Position numbers and translations under genes: made by a program. Below, in pieces: positions 60,884 to 64,000 of a DNA stretch of 64,000 nt. Source of the stretch: Utricularia gibba (lineage: Eukaryota > Plantae > Magnoliophyta); NCBI GenBank assembly GCA_002189035.1, contig NEEC01000007.1, positions 1,240,001 to 1,304,000 on the forward strand, in the 5' to 3' direction. The notes beneath the pieces are model-generated. The model made no database searches. It worked only from the letters and a program-made list of their open reading frames with translations, and was not told the DNA's origin. Within the stretch, counting starts at the first letter, position 1; the number at the start of each line of letters is the position of its first letter.

Positions 60884-63800
60884 ATGGAAGCTATGGATGA
60901 AGTCGTCGCTAGAATTGCGACGAATCTTGAAGACCAGACGTCGATTTCAGTACCATTCTTCAGAGATTTGGAGATGTTGTTGGATTACACTGTCGCTACC
61001 AAGGATACAATCGATTTCGAAAGTTTGTGCAACGAAATATCGGCAAAAGGTCTTACGCTCACTTCTCTTGTAAATGTAGCTTCTTCGGCTATGGATTCTG
61101 GGGTTATCTCCCAGTGTTCGATTTCGGCTTCAAAAGTTTATCTTATGCTTATCCTGACCCCGAATTCTCCTGTTTTAACACTGTTTACTCCCGTACCCTT
61201 TCTCAATCTGCTCCGTGTTTTACGTCTGGCTGCAAAGAAACCTTCTTTAGCATCAAACAGTATGAGTGTTTCTGCAACGATGGGCCGGAAAACTAAGAGG
61301 AAGTTGAGGAAGAATACGGGTGGGAGTAAGAAGAGTGCTGGAAACGGAGATTTTCTTGAAAATGAGGGTGAAGAGGGAAGTTTTGATATCAGCGATTTGT
61401 TCCTTTTGCTTGATAATTTGGTTAAGGCGATACCTTTAGTTACTTTGAGTCGATTTCCTGACTGTTTGAAGGCCTTGGTTCAGACTGTTTGCCAGATTCC
61501 ATTGACTGCTTCTGAGTCTTTGCAAGATATGGCTACTTTTGAGAAGTTTTGCGACTTGTGTTCATCAGTTTTGAAGGAATTATTGAAGCCTGAGCATGGG
61601 AATCAGGCCGACACTGCAGCTGAAATTTTGAAGTCTTTAGCTCCATTGATTTTGTTGCCCAAGTCACATGTTCGAACCTTTGCTCTAGGCTTTGTTGTTG
61701 ATAACATGGTGAAGGAGTTTGCAGGCTGTGATGGTATAATAGCCTCTGTTGCGAATATGCCCAAATATTTGGTACATAAAGCTCCTGAGAAAGCTGAGCC
61801 AAGGGCTCTAGCTGTTGAATCCATCCTCAATATTGTCAAGGCTCTGGATCTTGATTTTCAAGTTGGTTTTGTAGATTACGTATTGAAAATGAGCCGAGCA
61901 AAGGGACAACTTAGGTTTTTATCTGTAGATTTAATTCCTGATTTGGTCATGCTGTTGAGAAGTGCTTTTGGTTCCGACATGGGAAACGGGGCTGACAGCC
62001 CATTTTGTCTAAATTTACTGAAGGCATTGGTGGAACGGTGTTCTGATTCAATAGCTGGGGTTAGAGCTAGAGCTATGACAAAATTGTCTAACATAGTTGT
62101 TTCCTTTTCTGAGTGTGATGGGAGCAAACACTTCTTGAGAGATGTACTAGGACTTGGTCATCCAGGTAGCTGTGGGATTTATAAGGTCCTCAAACAGAGA
62201 TGCATGGATAAGAAAGCCGTTGTCCGAAGGGCAGCTCTTTTATTGATATCCAAGCTTTCAGCATTTTTAGGAGCTGAACAAGACAGAGAACTCATAAAGA
62301 CAATCGGTATGGCTTGTTCTGATCCGCTTGTTAGTATCAGGAAGGCAGCAATATCAGCCTTGTCAGAGGTTAAACTCTTTTCTTTTTTTGTTCATTACCA
62401 AGGCTTTCTACAGACACCTTAAAGTTAGAATGCATTCAAGAATCTTTTTTTTTTACTATGTGAAGGCATTCCTAAGGCTTCAATTTGTTGCTTGCAGCTA
62501 ACCATTCACAAATGTGACTGTTTCATGTATAGGCCTTCAAGAAAAGCTCAAGCCACTTTGTGATCAAAGAGTGGCTACATTCTGTTCCACGTTTAATAGT
62601 TGACAACGAAACAAGCGTACAAGATGAATGTCAGACATTATTCTTGGAGTTGGTTCTCAATCGAGTGACGAATATGGGAATGCAGCTTTCACCAGATTCC
62701 CACTCATTGCATGATCTCAGTGTGGATGACCAGGGAGTTTTGGAAATTCTGAAGGAGTTGCGTGATGGGGAAGTATCTCCATGGGTAAAGAAAATATGTT
62801 CCAGCCTTGGGAAACTGAAAAAGCTCCGGAGCACGATTGTTACAGCACTTCAGAATATCATCAGAATGTCAGAATCCCAATGGTCGAAATCCTCACATCC
62901 TAGAGACAAATGGACAGCTCCACCCGGTACTTGGTTTTTGTTGTCTGAGGCGTCTGCATTTCTACAGAAATCTGTAAGCTGGGAGTTCCTTCATCATCAT
63001 TGGCAGCTTCTTGACAAGCATAAAGCAAAGAAAAAACTTCATAAGCCCACCGAGCACATGACTGAGGACGAATACATGGTTGATGAGCAAGCTGGCTTTG
63101 TTGATTGGATGCAAGACAGGGTGTTTCTCTTGCAGACAATTTGTAATACCTCATTGGAAATGCCTCCAGAACCTGCAGCTGATCTAGCACAATGCTTCCT
63201 TATGCATTTAGAGGGATTTGATATGCATTCAACAGAGGTAAGTTGACGAGATGGGAAATATCACTCTACTTTTGCTGAATCTCTGTTGCACTTTTTTGTT
63301 TGTGCACTTCCTTCTTCAAATAACTGGATTTCATTCAAGTCCAAGATACAGGGTCATTAGAATTGATTTCTTTGATTGTGCTTTCACAAGGTTGATGCTC
63401 ACATCAAAGCACTTAAAACACTGTGCAAGAGGAAGGCTTTGAATGAGGAGGAAGCTGATTCACTGGTGAACAGATGGGTGAAACAGCTCCTGAATAAAGC
63501 ATCCTCAGTTGTCGAATCATTCCTTTCGATGATTTCATCCGCTGACAAGGAGAAGATTTTTCGCATGCCTCAGCCTGCTGAAAATTATAGGGAAAACAGA
63601 GGAGCCGAGTCCAATTCGAAGTTACTACTCAAAGCTGCAGTGGCTGTTTATACCATTGGATCACTGGTGCTTGTTTGCCCTTCAGCAAACTTAAAAGCTG
63701 TTGTTCCATCTGTTCATGCTATCGTCACTTCCGGGAGTTCACACCTGAAGTCCAGCAAACTTCCTGTGCCTCAAGTTTCATTGAAGAACACTGCTTTATC

Positions 63801-63888
63801 TGTGTACATAAATGCCTGGCTTACATTAGGAAAGATTTGCCTTGCAGATTCTGGACTTGCAAAGCGCTACCTTCCTCTGTTTTTGCAG
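60884..63888 (+). CDS. CAP-D3: Condensin-2 complex subunit D3 (HEAT repeats); first three exons, continues beyond the window
   Basis: VYLMLILTPNSPVLTLFTPVPFLNLLR, ALVERCSDSIAGVRARA, RCMDKKAVVRRAALLLI, IGMACSDPLVSIRKAAISALSE and AWLTLGKICLADSGLAKRYLPLFLQ. The gene order also recalls At4g15790-At4g15890. Confidence 0.93.
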
Positions 63889-64000
63889 GTATTGAATTGG
63901 CATCTTACTATCGATCAGTCTCAAAGCTAGTGCTACAATAATGGTTGCTGTGTATCAAATATTGAGAAGATTGTTGTGGTTTCATGTAACAATACCTTAT

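Noticed and set aside
707-63941. The many 60-140 aa alternative-frame and antisense ORFs in the ORF track
   Set aside because: They overlap identified exons in other frames or on the opposite strand and are expected shadow ORFs of coding DNA.

Overview
Eukaryotic (flowering-plant, eudicot-like) nuclear DNA from a very compact genome: about 19 intron-containing or intronless genes in 64 kb, with many introns only 66-120 nt. This resembles miniature genomes such as Lentibulariaceae, but the species cannot be determined from the sequence. Order: a conserved small-protein 3' end, a plastid methyltransferase-like gene, DEG7, an RLCK, polcalcin, two tandem CAR genes, BAM1, an HSL2-like remnant, COX6a, EPFL2, a CCCH zinc-finger gene, a type-II membrane protein gene, ALWAYS EARLY, SNF4/KINbetagamma, a thiamine diphosphate carrier, a small coiled-coil gene, XXT, a TOC159-like GTPase, an At4g15820-like plastid protein and CAP-D3 (runs off the end). 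I found no supportable rRNA, tRNA, intact transposon or CRISPR. About ten reading-frame breaks in seven genes are each repaired by adding one base to a short homopolymer, which most likely reflects uncorrected sequencing error rather than real pseudogenes. The most interesting signals are: a decayed HSL2 receptor remnant at its syntenic position beside BAM1; a TOC159-family gene that keeps its GTPase domain and extreme C-terminus but lacks most of the membrane domain; templated filler DNA and a run of in-frame stop-free introns in DEG7; and several unexplained GC-rich islands, one with a candidate spliced antisense gene. I did not find clear evidence of a new multi-gene system. Arabidopsis locus numbers and homolog motifs are from recall, not from a search.
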